Source: an uncultured Thermoleophilia bacterium
GTDB taxonomy: Bacteria > Actinomycetota > Thermoleophilia > UBA2241
Length of the DNA stretch: 64,000 nucleotides
NCBI GenBank assembly: GCA_963696935.1
Contig: CAVOMB010000056.1
Span: 3,331-67,330 of the forward strand
Direction: 5' to 3'
In this document: in pieces, positions 53,924 through 64,000 of the stretch
Layout: each line of letters begins with the position of its first letter
How positions within the stretch are numbered: position 1 is the stretch's first letter
The notes under the pieces: model-generated
Told to the model about the DNA's origin: nothing
Databases searched by the model: none
The model's input: the letters and a program-made list of their open reading frames with translations, nothing else
Program-made: the position numbers and the translations under genes

Positions 53924-55285
53924 ATGACGGCGACCATCGACCGCAAGCGGCTCGCGGCGCTCAAGGCGCGCGAAGACGAGGCCTTCGTCGCAAGCCATCG
54001 GCGCTCGCGCGAGCTCTTCGAGCGGGCGCAGGCGCACATGCTCGACGGCGTCCCCATGAATTGGATGACGCGCTGGGCGAGCCCGTTCCCGCCGTATGTC
54101 GCCGAGGCGCACGGCGCCCGGTTCACCTGCGTCGACGGGCACGAGTACATCGACTTCTGCCTCGGCGACACCGGCGCCATGACCGGCCACTCCCCGGAGG
54201 GACCAGTCGCCGCCGTCGCCGCCCAAGCCAGCCGCGGCATCACCACGATGCTGCCGACTGAGGATTCTCTTTGGGTGGCCGCAGAGCTCGCGGACCGCTT
54301 CGGCCTGCAGTACTGGCAGCTCGCCCTGACGGCTACCGATGCCAATCGCTTCGCCGTCCGCCTGGCCCGCCATGTCACCCGGCGGCCCAAGATCCTCGTC
54401 TACAACTACTGCTATCACGGCTCGGTCGACGAGACGATCATCACTATCAGCGACGGCGTGCCGGGACCGAAGCCGGGCAATGCCGGACCGCCGGTCGACC
54501 CCGCCGTCACCACCAAGGTGATCGAGTGGAACGACCTCGCGGCGCTGGAGAGTGCGCTCGCGCCCGGCGACGTGGCCTGCGTCCTCGCCGAGCCCGCCCT
54601 CACCAACATCGGCATCGTCCTTCCGGACGACGGCTACCACGACGCTCTGCGCCGCCTGACGCGAGAGACGGGGACGCTGCTCATCATCGACGAGACGCAC
54701 ACGATCTGCGCCGGCCCAGGCGGATGCACCCTGGCCTGGGCGCTCGAGCCGGACATGGTCACGCTCGGCAAGCCCATCGGGAGCGGCGTGCCCGCCGCCG
54801 TCTACGGCTTCGGCCCGGCGGTGGCCGACCTCATCCACGCGAACTGGGACTACCACGCCGCCGACGAGTGCGGCATCGGCGGCACGCTGGCCGGCAACGC
54901 CCTCAGCGTCGCGGCGGTCCGCGCGACGCTCAGCGAGGTCCTCACAGAGGAGGCCTACGAGCGGATGATCCCGCTGGCCGGCCGCTGGGCCGACGGCGTG
55001 CAAGGCGTCATCGACGAGTTCGCCCTGCCGTGGGTGGTCAAGCGCCTCGGCTGCCGTGCGGAGTACTGGCCGCGCCCTGTGCCACCGCACAATGGCGGCG
55101 AGGCGGCCGCGGCTGAGGATGAAGAGCTCGATCGCTACCTGCACCTGTTCATGCTCAACCGTGGCATCCTCATGACGCCGTTCCACAACATGGCGCTCAT
55201 GTCGCCGCAAACCGCGGCGGCCGACGTTGATCGTCACACCGAGGTGTTGCGCGAGGCCGCGCGGACGCTCACTGCCACAACCTAG
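53924..55285 (+). CDS. Class-III PLP aminotransferase / GSA-aminomutase-like enzyme (second copy)
   Basis: ATG 53924 follows GGGAGGG. Motifs: TATDANRFAVRLAR, LIIDETHT, and the PLP lysine in VTLGKPIGSGVPAAVYG. Confidence 0.75.
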   Translation: MTATIDRKRLAALKAREDEAFVASHRRSRELFERAQAHMLDGVPMNWMTRWASPFPPYVAEAHGARFTCVDGHEYIDFCLGDTGAMTGHSPEGPVAAVAAQASRGITTMLPTEDSLWVAAELADRFGLQYWQLALTATDANRFAVRLARHVTRRPKILVYNYCYHGSVDETIITISDGVPGPKPGNAGPPVDPAVTTKVIEWNDLAALESALAPGDVACVLAEPALTNIGIVLPDDGYHDALRRLTRETGTLLIIDETHTICAGPGGCTLAWALEPDMVTLGKPIGSGVPAAVYGFGPAVADLIHANWDYHAADECGIGGTLAGNALSVAAVRATLSEVLTEEAYERMIPLAGRWADGVQGVIDEFALPWVVKRLGCRAEYWPRPVPPHNGGEAAAAEDEELDRYLHLFMLNRGILMTPFHNMALMSPQTAAADVDRHTEVLREAARTLTATT

Positions 55286-55343
55286 GTGAGATGCGGCGGC
55301 GGCCGGCCGCGAATCCGCTACCGTCTCCGTGCGCACGGCCCGT

Positions 55344-55786
55344 TCAGTCTCGGCGCAGCGGCTCCCAGCCCTTCGGGTCCGTGCCTGAGTCGGTACCGGA
55401 CCGGGCGCGGCCCTGGAGCACTGCGCCGGCAGATGCCCGAGAGGCCTCGACATCGATCGTGCCATGCAGCGACCCCTCGTACCTGGCAGGCGGCAGCGCG
55501 TAGTTACGGCCCGTCATGTCGTCGACAAGATCGATGCCGCTGACTCCGACCTTCTCGTCGTCGCTCACGACGACGATCACGGTCTTGCCTGCGTCGACGG
55601 TCGGGATCAGCGCATGCCCTCCGCCATTCCGCTGGTCCAGGCTGAGCCCTCCTAACGGCACCGTCCCGGTGTTGCGCACCATCACGGTCAAGTGCAGCGC
55701 CGGCACGCCGCCAGCAGGAGCGCGCCGGTGAGGGCCCAGAAGCGCCGCCTGCGGCGACGCCGGCTGCTGAGGCCCTCCGACGACAT
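55344..55786 (-). pseudogene. Putative secreted/lipoprotein, frameshifted after the signal peptide
   Basis: ATG 55786 encodes MSSEGLSSRRRRRRRFWALTGALLLAAC (twin-Arg-like, lipobox-like). The mature part (VPALHLTVMVRNTGTVPLGG...) continues in another frame from about 55705. Confidence 0.4.
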
Positions 55787-55844
55787 CGCGGTCAAAGCTC
55801 CACGGGCCGCCGGTGCCGGTGTCCCACCGGGTCGCGCTCGCCGC

Positions 55845-57326
55845 TCACGCCGTGACCCCGGCGAGTTCCAAGTCGGCAGCCGCGACGAGCCGCCGCAACT
55901 CCAGGCTCACGTCGTCGGGGAGGGGAGCGGGCGCGTGCGTCCGCAAGATCTCACGCGCCCGCTCCTCAGCGTTCTCGAGCGCTCCCTTCTTGCCCCCGAC
56001 GAACCAGGCGTCGTAGGGCGTCCGGTCCCACACCCCCGGCCGCCAGATCTCTCCCATGTGCCGGCGTGTGTGCTTCTCCGCCAGGTACGCGCCCTTCGAT
56101 CCGACCTTCTTGATCACGTCGAGTGCCAGCGTCTCGTCGTCCACCACGATGCCGCCGGCGACCTCCTGCATGATGCCGTAGATCTCGGTCTCCATGACCA
56201 GGTGCGCGTAGCTCAGGGTCTTCGATCCGTCGAGCAGACCGCAGCCGCTCATCATCTCTGCACCCGCGCCCACGCCGGCGAGCGTCGAGAGCGCATCGTC
56301 AACGGCGGCCTGCCAGCCCGGCTCCTTGGCGCCGCTCGCCATGGTGCCTATGTTCATGGCGAAGCCGAAGTGGTGCGCGAGCTCGGTGGCGGCGGCAGCC
56401 AGGACGTAGTCCTCAGGGCTGCCGCCGGTGTAGCCGCCCGTCTTGAGGTCCATCACGGAGGGCGCGCCGGCCAGGAAAACGGGCGCGCCTGGATGCGCGA
56501 GTTGCACGAGGACCATGCCCGCGAGGACGGCGGCCATGTTGACGACGAGGTTGCCGGCCAGCGTCGCAGGCGCGGACGCACATGCGAGCGTCAGCGAGAG
56601 GAAGCCGACGGGGACGCCGGCCTCGGCACAGACCAGCGCCGCCTCGAGGCTCACCGCCTCGTTGCCCAGCGGGTCGATCGGGCAGGCGATCAGGCTCATG
56701 ATGGGCCGGCGGCGGAGCTCTTCGTCCCCGCCGGCCACGACGCGCGCCATCTCGACCACGCGGCGGGTCATGTCCTCGCCCACCACGTCCACCGCCTGGA
56801 AGTGCTTCGTGGTGTTGGCGAAGATCGCCGCGGCCTCGTGCACGGGCCGCGCGGCGACGGGCACGTCCTCGGCCGTCACGACCGGGCCCCAGTAGAAGCT
56901 CACCTGCGGGAGGGCGTCGACGAAGCGGGCAGACTCTGCCACGTCGGCGATCCCGCTCGCGCGCAGCTCACCGCTGTGCGGGTCGATGACACGGACGCCG
57001 CAGCCGTCGTTGCTCAAGTGGCAGGCGGAGCCGTCCAGCCGGATGTCGCAGCGGGGGTCGCGGGCGGCGAGAAGCGGCACCTTGTGCGCCGCCTGCAGCG
57101 CCGCCCGGACGACGTCCCGCGGCAGGAGCGCGATCTGCGATGCGCGGTCGACGCGGCAGCCGCCTCGTTCGAGCGCGTCGAGCGCGCGCTCCAGCGGGAA
57201 GCGCACGCCGACCTCGGCCAAGGTCTCGAGGATCGCCTCCTCGAGCCGCTCCACGTCCGCTGCGCTGAGCACGTCCCAGCGCAAGCGCGGCCGGATGGGG
57301 TCGATCCTTGCTACCGCCTCAGCCAT
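55845..57326 (-). CDS. MttB-superfamily methyltransferase, non-Pyl (paralog of 47149-48615)
   Basis: ATG 57326 follows AGGAGGAG. 493 aa. HLSNDGCGV, ...GTMASGAKEPGWQA..., YLAEKHTRRHMGEIWRPGVWDR. Confidence 0.85.
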   Translation of the reverse strand: MAEAVARIDPIRPRLRWDVLSAADVERLEEAILETLAEVGVRFPLERALDALERGGCRVDRASQIALLPRDVVRAALQAAHKVPLLAARDPRCDIRLDGSACHLSNDGCGVRVIDPHSGELRASGIADVAESARFVDALPQVSFYWGPVVTAEDVPVAARPVHEAAAIFANTTKHFQAVDVVGEDMTRRVVEMARVVAGGDEELRRRPIMSLIACPIDPLGNEAVSLEAALVCAEAGVPVGFLSLTLACASAPATLAGNLVVNMAAVLAGMVLVQLAHPGAPVFLAGAPSVMDLKTGGYTGGSPEDYVLAAAATELAHHFGFAMNIGTMASGAKEPGWQAAVDDALSTLAGVGAGAEMMSGCGLLDGSKTLSYAHLVMETEIYGIMQEVAGGIVVDDETLALDVIKKVGSKGAYLAEKHTRRHMGEIWRPGVWDRTPYDAWFVGGKKGALENAEERAREILRTHAPAPLPDDVSLELRRLVAAADLELAGVTA

Positions 57327-57441
57327 GGCTCCTCCTGGTCGCCTCCCCGATGCTACCGGGGCTGGGCGACCGGCGTCATCCGGCCGGCGCCGTGTCTCTC
57401 CCGTGACGCCGACACACATGCCGCCTCGGCCGCGTACGCAC

Positions 57442-57477
57442 GAAGGGCGGCGAGGCACTCACGCCCCGCCGCCCTTC
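57442..57477 (-). terminator. 11-bp perfect-stem hairpin after the ABC operon
   Basis: GAAGGGCGGCG(14 nt)CGCCGCCCTTC, 25 nt downstream of the ATPase stop. No U-tract. Confidence 0.35.
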
Positions 57478-57501
57478 CGCGGTCCAGCCCAGCTGATGGA
57501 A

Positions 57502-58506
57502 CTACAGCTCCTCGTCCCCCGGAGGCAGCGGTGTCTCGCCGGCCGCACCTTGCCCGAGCGGGATCTCGGGCAGAGCCGTGTCTCTGAGGTCGTCCTCGTT
57601 GAACGCCGCGCCGGCTGCGTGCTGCAGCGACTCGCCGGAGTCCGAATCGGGCAGGTTCTCGTCAACCTCGGTCACGCTCAGCTCCTTGGCGTGCTCGGGC
57701 TCCTTCTCCGGCAGGATGTGCCGCAGGAACCGCTTGGTGCGGTCGTCCTTAGGATGGAAGAAGACGTCGCTCGGCGGGCCTTGCTCGATGAAGTAGCCGT
57801 CTTCCATGTACACGACACGGTCGGCGACGTCGCGGCTGAAGCCCATCTCGTGGCTCACCACGATCATCGTCATGCCGCCTTCAGCGAGGTCCTTCATGAC
57901 CTTGAGCACCTCGCCGATGAGCTCGGGGTCCAGCGCACTGGTCGGCTCGTCGAAGAGCATGAGCACCGGGTCCATCGCCATGGCGCGGGCGATGGCGACA
58001 CGCTGCTTCTGGCCACCGGAGAGCTGGCTCGGGAAGAAGTCCATGCGATCGGCCAAGCCCACCTTGGTGAGCAGTTCATGGGCCTCGCGAATGGCTTCTT
58101 CCTTCTTCAGGCCCTTCACCAGGATAGGACCCTCGGTGACGTTCTCAGTGGCGTCCTTGTGTGGGAAGAGGTTGAACTCCTGGAACACCATGCCGCACTT
58201 CATGCGGATCTCGTGCACGTCCTTCTTGAACTTGCCGCCGTGACTGCCGCAGGTGACGTGGACGTCCCCGACCCTGATCTCGCCCGAGGTCGGGTCCTCG
58301 AGGAAGTTCAGGCAGCGGAGGAAGGTGCTCTTGCCGGAGCCGGATGGCCCGATGAGCACCAGCACTTCACCCTTGTAAACCTCGAGGTCGATGCCCTTGA
58401 GCACGTGGTTCTTGCCGAAGTATTTCTGCAGACCCTCGACCTTGACGACGAGTTCGCGCCCCTTCTCGTCGGTGATCGTCTCATGTGCGTATGTCTTTGT
58501 GCCCAT
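57502..58506 (-). CDS. Polar amino-acid ABC transporter ATP-binding protein with an ~80-aa acidic C-terminal extension
   Basis: Walker [10 protein letters not shown], signature [14 protein letters not shown], Walker [13 protein letters not shown]. The tail is ...[15 protein letters not shown]...PPGDEEL. Confidence 0.85.
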   Translation of the reverse strand: MGTKTYAHETITDEKGRELVVKVEGLQKYFGKNHVLKGIDLEVYKGEVLVLIGPSGSGKSTFLRCLNFLEDPTSGEIRVGDVHVTCGSHGGKFKKDVHEIRMKCGMVFQEFNLFPHKDATENVTEGPILVKGLKKEEAIREAHELLTKVGLADRMDFFPSQLSGGQKQRVAIARAMAMDPVLMLFDEPTSALDPELIGEVLKVMKDLAEGGMTMIVVSHEMGFSRDVADRVVYMEDGYFIEQGPPSDVFFHPKDDRTKRFLRHILPEKEPEHAKELSVTEVDENLPDSDSGESLQHAAGAAFNEDDLRDTALPEIPLGQGAAGETPLPPGDEEL

Positions 58507-58507
58507 G

Positions 58508-59737
58508 CTACTTCGCCTTCCCCTTTTCCTTCTCGCGGGCCTTGTCGCGCGCCATGCGCGTCTCGAGCTTGGCCTGCCAGAAGCTGAAGAAGATCGTCAA
58601 CGCCCAGTACCAGGCCGCAGCCACCAGCAGCGTGCTGAAGAAGCTGAAGGTCGCGGCGCCGGCAAGCTGCGAACGGCGCAGCAGTTCTTCGACGGTGATG
58701 ACCGATACCAGCGAGGTGTCCTTGATGAGGGCGATGAAGTCGTTGCCCACCGCCGGAATGACGATCTTTAGCGCCTGCGGCAGGATGATGCGCCGCTGCG
58801 TCTGCCAGCCGCTGAGGCCGATGGCCCACGCGGCTTCGTTCTGGCCCTTGGGGACCGCCTGGATACCGGCGCGGAACACCTCGGTGAGGTAGGCGCCGTA
58901 GTTGAGCGAGAGTGCGACGACGCCCGCCCAGAAGGCCGGCGGGTTGAGCGACTCCGGCAGACCCGCCTTCTGGATGATCTCGGGGATCACCTGGTAGATG
59001 GCGATGATCTGCAGCAGCAGTGGCGTACCTCGGAACAGTGACGTGTAGAACGTCGCGACCCAGTACGGGATGCGGCCGAGGACCATGCGCCACATGTAGC
59101 CCCAGCTCTGGTACCGGTTCCACGCTTGTCTGAAGGTCATCTTCTTGGAGAGGCGCCCCAGGGAGCCGAAGAGCGCGAGAAGGCAGGCGAAGACGATGGA
59201 GATGACGGTGAGCTCGACGGTGACCAAGCCGCCGCGAGCGATGTACCAGAACCAGTCCTTCATCACCTGGACGCTGACGAGGCTGCCGGCCTCGGCGTCG
59301 CCCGTCGAGCCGAACTTCCAGGTGTAGGTGACCTTGGTGCCCGTCTTGGTCTCGAGGGTCGTCTTGAACGCGTAGTCGCCGGAGCCGTACTTCTTCACCA
59401 AGTCGAACTGCAGCGTCGACGTAGCGCGGGAGACGGCGGGGACGATGAACGGCGGCTTGCTGAGCTTCTGCTCCACGCCGTTGATGAACACCTTGCTCTT
59501 CCCGACCGCGAGCTCGGCGCCGTTGGGTTGGAAGTTGACCTGCACGATATCGCCGGTCCACTTCTGGATGCCCTTAGGATCGAGTGGATTCGGGATCGTG
59601 CCCTTGACGACGGGAGTGCCGCTGGGCGCCGGCGATGACGATGCCGCCGCCAGAGCGATTGGCGTGAGGGATGCCACCGCCAACGCGAGCACTGCCGCGA
59701 AGAAGGCGACACTCACGAACCAGTGTCGTTTGTGCAT
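58508..59737 (-). CDS. Amino-acid ABC transporter permease (HisM/GlnP type) with a ~150-aa N-terminal extracytoplasmic domain
   Basis: Signal/anchor helix, then a beta-rich domain, then a permease core with EAA-like loop [22 protein letters not shown]. Confidence 0.8.
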   Translation of the reverse strand: MHKRHWFVSVAFFAAVLALAVASLTPIALAAASSSPAPSGTPVVKGTIPNPLDPKGIQKWTGDIVQVNFQPNGAELAVGKSKVFINGVEQKLSKPPFIVPAVSRATSTLQFDLVKKYGSGDYAFKTTLETKTGTKVTYTWKFGSTGDAEAGSLVSVQVMKDWFWYIARGGLVTVELTVISIVFACLLALFGSLGRLSKKMTFRQAWNRYQSWGYMWRMVLGRIPYWVATFYTSLFRGTPLLLQIIAIYQVIPEIIQKAGLPESLNPPAFWAGVVALSLNYGAYLTEVFRAGIQAVPKGQNEAAWAIGLSGWQTQRRIILPQALKIVIPAVGNDFIALIKDTSLVSVITVEELLRRSQLAGAATFSFFSTLLVAAAWYWALTIFFSFWQAKLETRMARDKAREKEKGKAK

Positions 59738-59845
59738 CGGCGAAGACCTCTCGGTAGGGACCGCGGCGGGGGGCCCGTTGGGGGCACCCCCGCCGTGATC
59801 GACCCAACTATGCGGCCGCGCCCCGCGGGCGCGGCCGCAGTGTCA

Positions 59846-60728
59846 CTACTCCTTGACCGTCAAATCGAGGCCGTTGTACCACTTCTCGCTCATCGCGGTG
59901 AGCGAGCCGTCCTCGTGCATCTGCGCGATGGCGTAGTTGAGCATCGTGAGCCAGTCGCCCTCGCCCTTTTTGATAGCGAACGCGAGGTCCTCGTAGTAGA
60001 GCGGAGCGCCGGAGAAGTCGAACGGCTGACCCTGCGAGGATGGCCTGCTGGCCGGTGGGGCCGGCGGTCATCACGAAGTCGAGGTTGCCGTTGCGCAGGT
60101 CCGGGAAGGCGTCCGCGTCGGTGGTGTACGTCTTGACGTCGGCGGTGCTGTTCGTCTTGAGGTAGTCGTAATAGGTGGTCGCAGCGCCCACGCCGACCTT
60201 CTTACCGTCGAGATCCTTGACGCTGGTGATCTGCGTGCCGCCCTTCTTCACGAACACCTGGCCCGACGTGTAGTAGTACGGCTCGGTGAAGTCGAGGGCC
60301 TTTTGGCGCTCGGGCGTCACAGTCATGGAGCCGATGGACACGTCGTACTTGCCCTGGTTGAGGCCCGCCGGGATGGTCTCCCACGCCGGGTTCTCGAACT
60401 TGACCTGGAGGCCGAGGATCTCAGCCATCTTCTTGGCCACGTCGACGTCGAAGCCCACGAGATCGCCCGTGGCCTTGTCGATGGAGCTCTGCGGCGCGTA
60501 GTTGGCGTCGTTGGCGACGACCACGGTGCCTGCGGTGACGATCTTGGCCGCGAGACCCGTCGGCGCCTTGCCCAGGATCTGCTGTGCGATGTCCGCGGCC
60601 GAGGTGGCCTGCGGGCTGGGGCTGGACTCTGAATCGCTGCTGCCACCGCACGCGGCTGCGAACCCCGCGAGAGCGATGACGGCGACCAGGAGTACTGCCG
60701 CCAGAATGTAGGTCTTGCCCTTTCTCAT
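59846..60728 (-). pseudogene. Amino-acid ABC substrate-binding lipoprotein, 1-nt frameshift near 60030
   Basis: Lipobox LAGFAAAC. Family-3 SBP motifs: VVANDANYAPQS, GFDVDVAKKMAEILG. After ...GQQAILAG the true continuation (QPFDFSGAPLYYEDLAFAIKKGEGDWLTMLNYAIAQMHEDGSLTAMSEKWYNGLDLTVKE*) lies in another frame. Confidence 0.7.
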
Positions 60729-60855
60729 GCCTCAGTCCTTTCCGGCTGACTTCTCCCGACGCCGCTGAGCCACGGGTGTGGACGCGGATGGCGGCCCCCA
60801 CCGCCTGTCAGGAACGTACTGTGTCGCACTCCCCCAGCGCGACGTATCGACTTGG

Positions 60856-60884
60856 ATTTATACAGCACCACCCCCGAAAGGCAA
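60856..60884 (-). promoter_or_regulatory. Candidate sigma-70-type promoter for the ABC operon
   Basis: On the minus strand: TTGCCT (60884-60879), 16 nt, TATAAAT (60862-60856), about 125 nt upstream of the SBP ATG. This is the best consensus match I found in the window. Confidence 0.45.
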
Positions 60885-60999
60885 GCCTGCGCGAAGCTGG
60901 TGGCGAAAAGAGTCGGCCTGAGTTGTGAGTATCTGGGCATTCCTGCGCCGGGATGTCGCTCGCACGATGCGCAGACTGCGAGCCTGTCGCGCGGACGCG

Positions 61000-62379
61000 T
61001 CAGTCGATGGAGGCCAGACGACGCAGCCCCGCATCGACCGCGGGCTCGAGCGCAGGCGGGCGATGCGAGGCGGCAGTGCGCGCGACCCGCTCGTGCGCTC
61101 TGTCGATCGCGGTCTCCCGCCCGCTGGCGGTCCACTGGCGCATCGGCATGTCGACCGCGAGGGTCGGCCCGGCGGCGGGGTCGGCGTGCCCGCCGGCCGA
61201 ACCGCCGGCGGCAGTGAGGTCGACGCCCGCGGCTATCGCCCGCGCATGCGAGAGGGCCTCTACCCCTAGCGCCATCTCCTCGTAGCTGAAGATGCGGCCG
61301 CCCGAGACCATGCCGACACCGGTCAGCATGTCCACGCCGGCAGCCAGCGAGAGCCAGGTGGTGGTGGTGTCGTCCAGCGCCGACTGCCAGCTCGGCTCCT
61401 TGGCGCCGCTGGAGTTGACCCCGCACTGGGTCGGCAGGCCGTAGAAGTGGCCCACGTCGCCGACGGCGGCAGCCATGATGGTGTCCTCGGGAGCCCCGCC
61501 TGTGAAGTCGCCGCTCTTGAGATCCATCACGCTCGGGATGAAGCAGATGAACACAGGTGCACCCGGGAACGCCGCCTGGATCACGCACACGGAACTGAGG
61601 GCCTCGGCGATGCCGACCACGAGCGAGCCGGCCATGGTGATCGGCGTCGTCGAGCCGCCCATCGGCATCGTCACGAAGCCGATGGGAATGCCGGCCTCGG
61701 CGAAGACCAGGCCGGCTTCGAGCGTGCCGGCGTCGTTGCCGAGCGGCGTGACGGTGCCGAGCAGGGCGCTGATCGGCGGCTCGGCGCGGAGCTTCTCGTT
61801 CGAGCCGCTCACCGCCAGCGCCATCTTCACGGCGACCTCGGCTAGGTCGGGCTCCACGACCGTCACCGTCTGCACGTGCTTGCCGGTGTTGGCGATGGCC
61901 AGGTACAACTCGTGCAGCCCGCGGACCTCAACCGGCCGGTCCTGCGCGCTGACGGCCGGCCAGCAGAAGTCGACCTCGGGCATGGCGTCGACGACGCGGC
62001 TGATGGTCGCGACGTCTTCGGCCGTCGTGCCACGCTTCTGGCCGGTCTCGAGATCGTAGATCTCCACACAGCAACCGTCGGTGGTGAGCAGCGAGCCGGT
62101 GCCGGTGACGATGGGCGCCCCCGCGCGAGCGCCCAGCGTCATGCGCGCCGGTGCCAGGCCGACCAGCCGGCGCACGAGCTCCCGCGGCAGCGTGACGCGC
62201 GCGCCGTCGGCGGTGGCGCCCTGCGCCACCAGGGCGGCGCGCGCCCGCTCACACGGGATGGAAACGCCGGTATCGGCGAGTACGTCGAGTGCCGCCTCGT
62301 CGAGGCGCTGAAGGTCATGCTCCGAGAGGATGGCCAGTCGCCCGGCCGAGCCGATCGTGTGGGTGAGGCTCTGCGTCAT
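61000..62379 (-). CDS. MttB-superfamily methyltransferase, non-Pyl, with a divergent C-terminus
   Basis: 459 aa. LLTTDGCCV, ...QCGVNSSGAKEPSWQS... The usual C-terminal HTRRH...W.P block is replaced by unrelated sequence. Confidence 0.75.
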   Translation of the reverse strand: MTQSLTHTIGSAGRLAILSEHDLQRLDEAALDVLADTGVSIPCERARAALVAQGATADGARVTLPRELVRRLVGLAPARMTLGARAGAPIVTGTGSLLTTDGCCVEIYDLETGQKRGTTAEDVATISRVVDAMPEVDFCWPAVSAQDRPVEVRGLHELYLAIANTGKHVQTVTVVEPDLAEVAVKMALAVSGSNEKLRAEPPISALLGTVTPLGNDAGTLEAGLVFAEAGIPIGFVTMPMGGSTTPITMAGSLVVGIAEALSSVCVIQAAFPGAPVFICFIPSVMDLKSGDFTGGAPEDTIMAAAVGDVGHFYGLPTQCGVNSSGAKEPSWQSALDDTTTTWLSLAAGVDMLTGVGMVSGGRIFSYEEMALGVEALSHARAIAAGVDLTAAGGSAGGHADPAAGPTLAVDMPMRQWTASGRETAIDRAHERVARTAASHRPPALEPAVDAGLRRLASID

Positions 62380-62463
62380 CGTCGCGCTCCACTTCGTCCG
62401 CTGGTTCTCACTTGGACGGCCGGGGCGCTCCCGTCCGTCGGTACTCGGTTCTCCATCACGTCC

Positions 62464-62939
62464 TCAGGTCCGGTGCGCGATGGCCAGCCTCCGCAGCGCG
62501 AGCAACTCCTCGAGGTCGGCGATCACGGGCAGAGGCGTCGCCAATCCCATCGGTGGAACCGCGCCGGGCTTGAACCCGGTCGATTCTCGCACCTCACGCG
62601 CGCGGGCAAGCGTCACCTCGCCTGCGCCCAGCTCGCGCGCAAGCGCGTCAGTGTCCACGGTCGCGTCGCCGGGGACGAGGGCCAGTACGGGGCGTGCGGC
62701 GACGAGGAGACCAGCGACTTGACGACGTCGGTGACGGGCACGCCGAGCGCGTTCGCCGCGAGCTGCGCGGTGCGCGACGATGACGGCAGATGGATGATCT
62801 CGTGCGCCACGCCCTCGGCGGCGAGCGCTTCGTGGGCGTCGGTGAAGGATCGCACGCTGACCGGCTCCTCGCTCGGGGTGCGACAGTCTAGCACGACCCT
62901 GCGCGCCGAAGCCGTGCTCCACGGGGTACCATCAGCCAA
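62464..62939 (-). pseudogene. YbaK/ProX-type aminoacyl-tRNA trans-editing domain protein, frameshift near 62705-62712
   Basis: ...TAQLAANALGVPVTDVVKSLV in one frame continues as LLVAARPVLALVPGDATVDTDALARELGAGEVTLARAREVRESTGFKPGAVPPMG in another. Confidence 0.55.
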
Positions 62940-63703
62940 TGGACCAGCCGGACAACAGCCCGGACCCGAATGCTCCGGCCACGGACCCGGGCCAGTCTCG
63001 ACGGCGACGACGGGGGCGCTGGATGCGCCTCGCCGGCGACTTGCTGCTCATCGCCGGCGGGCTCGTGCTCGCGTACCCCTTCTGGTCGGCGGCCTACGCC
63101 CAGGTCCAGCAGTCCCGCCTCGACTCCACCTACCGCCAGCAGAGCGCGGCGTTCATCCAGGACATCAACGCGAACCAGGACACACGCCCTCACGGCGTCT
63201 CCGACGAGGAGCTCGTCCGGAGACTCGCCGTCCGGTACGGCAAGAAGCTGAGGCCGGGCGACCCGGTCGGCCGTCTGATCATCCCGCGGATCAAGCTCGA
63301 CCGGCTGGTCCAGCAGGGGGTGGGCGGCAAGATGGCGCTCGACCCGCAAGGCGACACGGCGCTCCTCCGCAACGGTCCAGTGCACTACGGGATCACGCCG
63401 CTTCCGGGGGCCGGCGAGCCGTTCGCCGTCGCCGGCCACCGCACCACCTACGGCGCACCGTTCTACAAGCTCGACAAGCTGCGCGCCGGCGACCCGATCT
63501 ATGTGGACACGCCCTATGCCAGGTTCCGCTATTCAGTCGCCAAGACGACCACGGTGGACCCGACAGACACGAGTGTCCTGCTCGACCGGGGCTACGGACT
63601 CGTGCTCACCACCTGCACACCGCCGTACAGCGCCGCACACCGTCTGGTCGTCTGGGCCACACTCGCAAAGGCGAAGCCGCTACGCGCGGCGCGCGGTCGC
63701 TGA
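62939..63703 (+). CDS. Sortase (actinobacterial class E/F-like)
   Basis: N-terminal TM anchor, catalytic His in FAVAGHRTTYG, Cys in LVLTTCTP, and Arg in HRLVVWA. Confidence 0.75.
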   Translation: MDQPDNSPDPNAPATDPGQSRRRRRGRWMRLAGDLLLIAGGLVLAYPFWSAAYAQVQQSRLDSTYRQQSAAFIQDINANQDTRPHGVSDEELVRRLAVRYGKKLRPGDPVGRLIIPRIKLDRLVQQGVGGKMALDPQGDTALLRNGPVHYGITPLPGAGEPFAVAGHRTTYGAPFYKLDKLRAGDPIYVDTPYARFRYSVAKTTTVDPTDTSVLLDRGYGLVLTTCTPPYSAAHRLVVWATLAKAKPLRAARGR

Positions 63704-63712
63704 GATTCGGAG

Positions 63713-64000
63713 TCAGCCCCCCATGGGAGGGCTCGGGTATGGCGGGCGCTCGGCCGCGCTGCCGGCCAGCAACGTGACCAGCATCTCCGTGCCGACCTCA
63801 CCGCCCGGGTACCGCGTCGGGACGAAGAAAAGTCCCTCGGCTCCAGCCATTGAGCTCAGGATGCCGGAGCCCTGGGGGCCGGTCGTCGTGTAGCGGATCG
63901 TCCCATCAGGGTCGTGCGTGAGCCGGCAGCGGCGGACCTCGGTGCGGTCCTTGGAGCGGCGCACCGGCTCGCTGGACCGAGCGTTGAACCACGGCCGCCA
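63713..64000 (-). CDS. MoeA-like molybdopterin molybdenumtransferase, C-terminal domain only (5' part outside the window)
   Basis: ...RRSKDRTEVRRCRLTHDPDGTIRYTTTGPQGSGILSSMAGAEGLFFVPTRYPGGEVGTEMLVTLL matches the MoeA domain IV pattern (..QGSg.l.sla.A.gl...P......G..V.V.ll). Confidence 0.55.
   Translation of the reverse strand, partial: WRPWFNARSSEPVRRSKDRTEVRRCRLTHDPDGTIRYTTTGPQGSGILSSMAGAEGLFFVPTRYPGGEVGTEMLVTLLAGSAAERPPYPSPPMGG

Overview
High-GC (about 70%) bacterial chromosomal segment. The gene content (PimA/PimB-type GT4 glycosyltransferases, UPF0182 membrane protein, sortase, radical-SAM and corrinoid enzymes) suggests an anaerobic Actinomycetota-like organism, but I cannot place it more precisely. 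From left to right the window contains: (1) a partial MttB-family gene, an IclR regulator and a HAL-family lyase whose MIO triad reads Ala-Cys-Gly. (2) A decayed 6.3-kb island in tRNA-Asp, bounded by a 45-bp copy of the tRNA 3' half. It carries an MFS/MarR pair, a broken integrase and a peroxiredoxin-like gene with an in-frame TGA at the redox Cys position, a candidate selenoprotein. (3) A cell-envelope operon (GT4, PlsY-like, GT4), a two-component pair and tRNA-Val. (4) Three tandem paralogous cassettes of minor pseudopilins (PilV-like, PilW-like, PilX-like). No major pilin or assembly machinery is in view. (5) UPF0182 and a 4xGAF-GGDEF protein with a degenerate HD-GYP tail. (6) A roughly 30-kb methylated-amine/beta-lysine cluster. 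It holds seven more MttB-superfamily genes, one with an in-frame TAG exactly where archaeal MttB carries pyrrolysine and followed by a corrinoid protein. It also holds a RamA-like corrinoid activase, lysine 2,3-aminomutase, two class-III aminotransferases, a BKACE/Kce enzyme, five tandem EamA permeases and an amino-acid ABC transporter. At least seven genes carry 1-nt frameshifts, so either the genome is decaying or the assembly has indel errors. All calls rest on my own reading and translation of the sequence and on remembered family motifs. No database search was possible.
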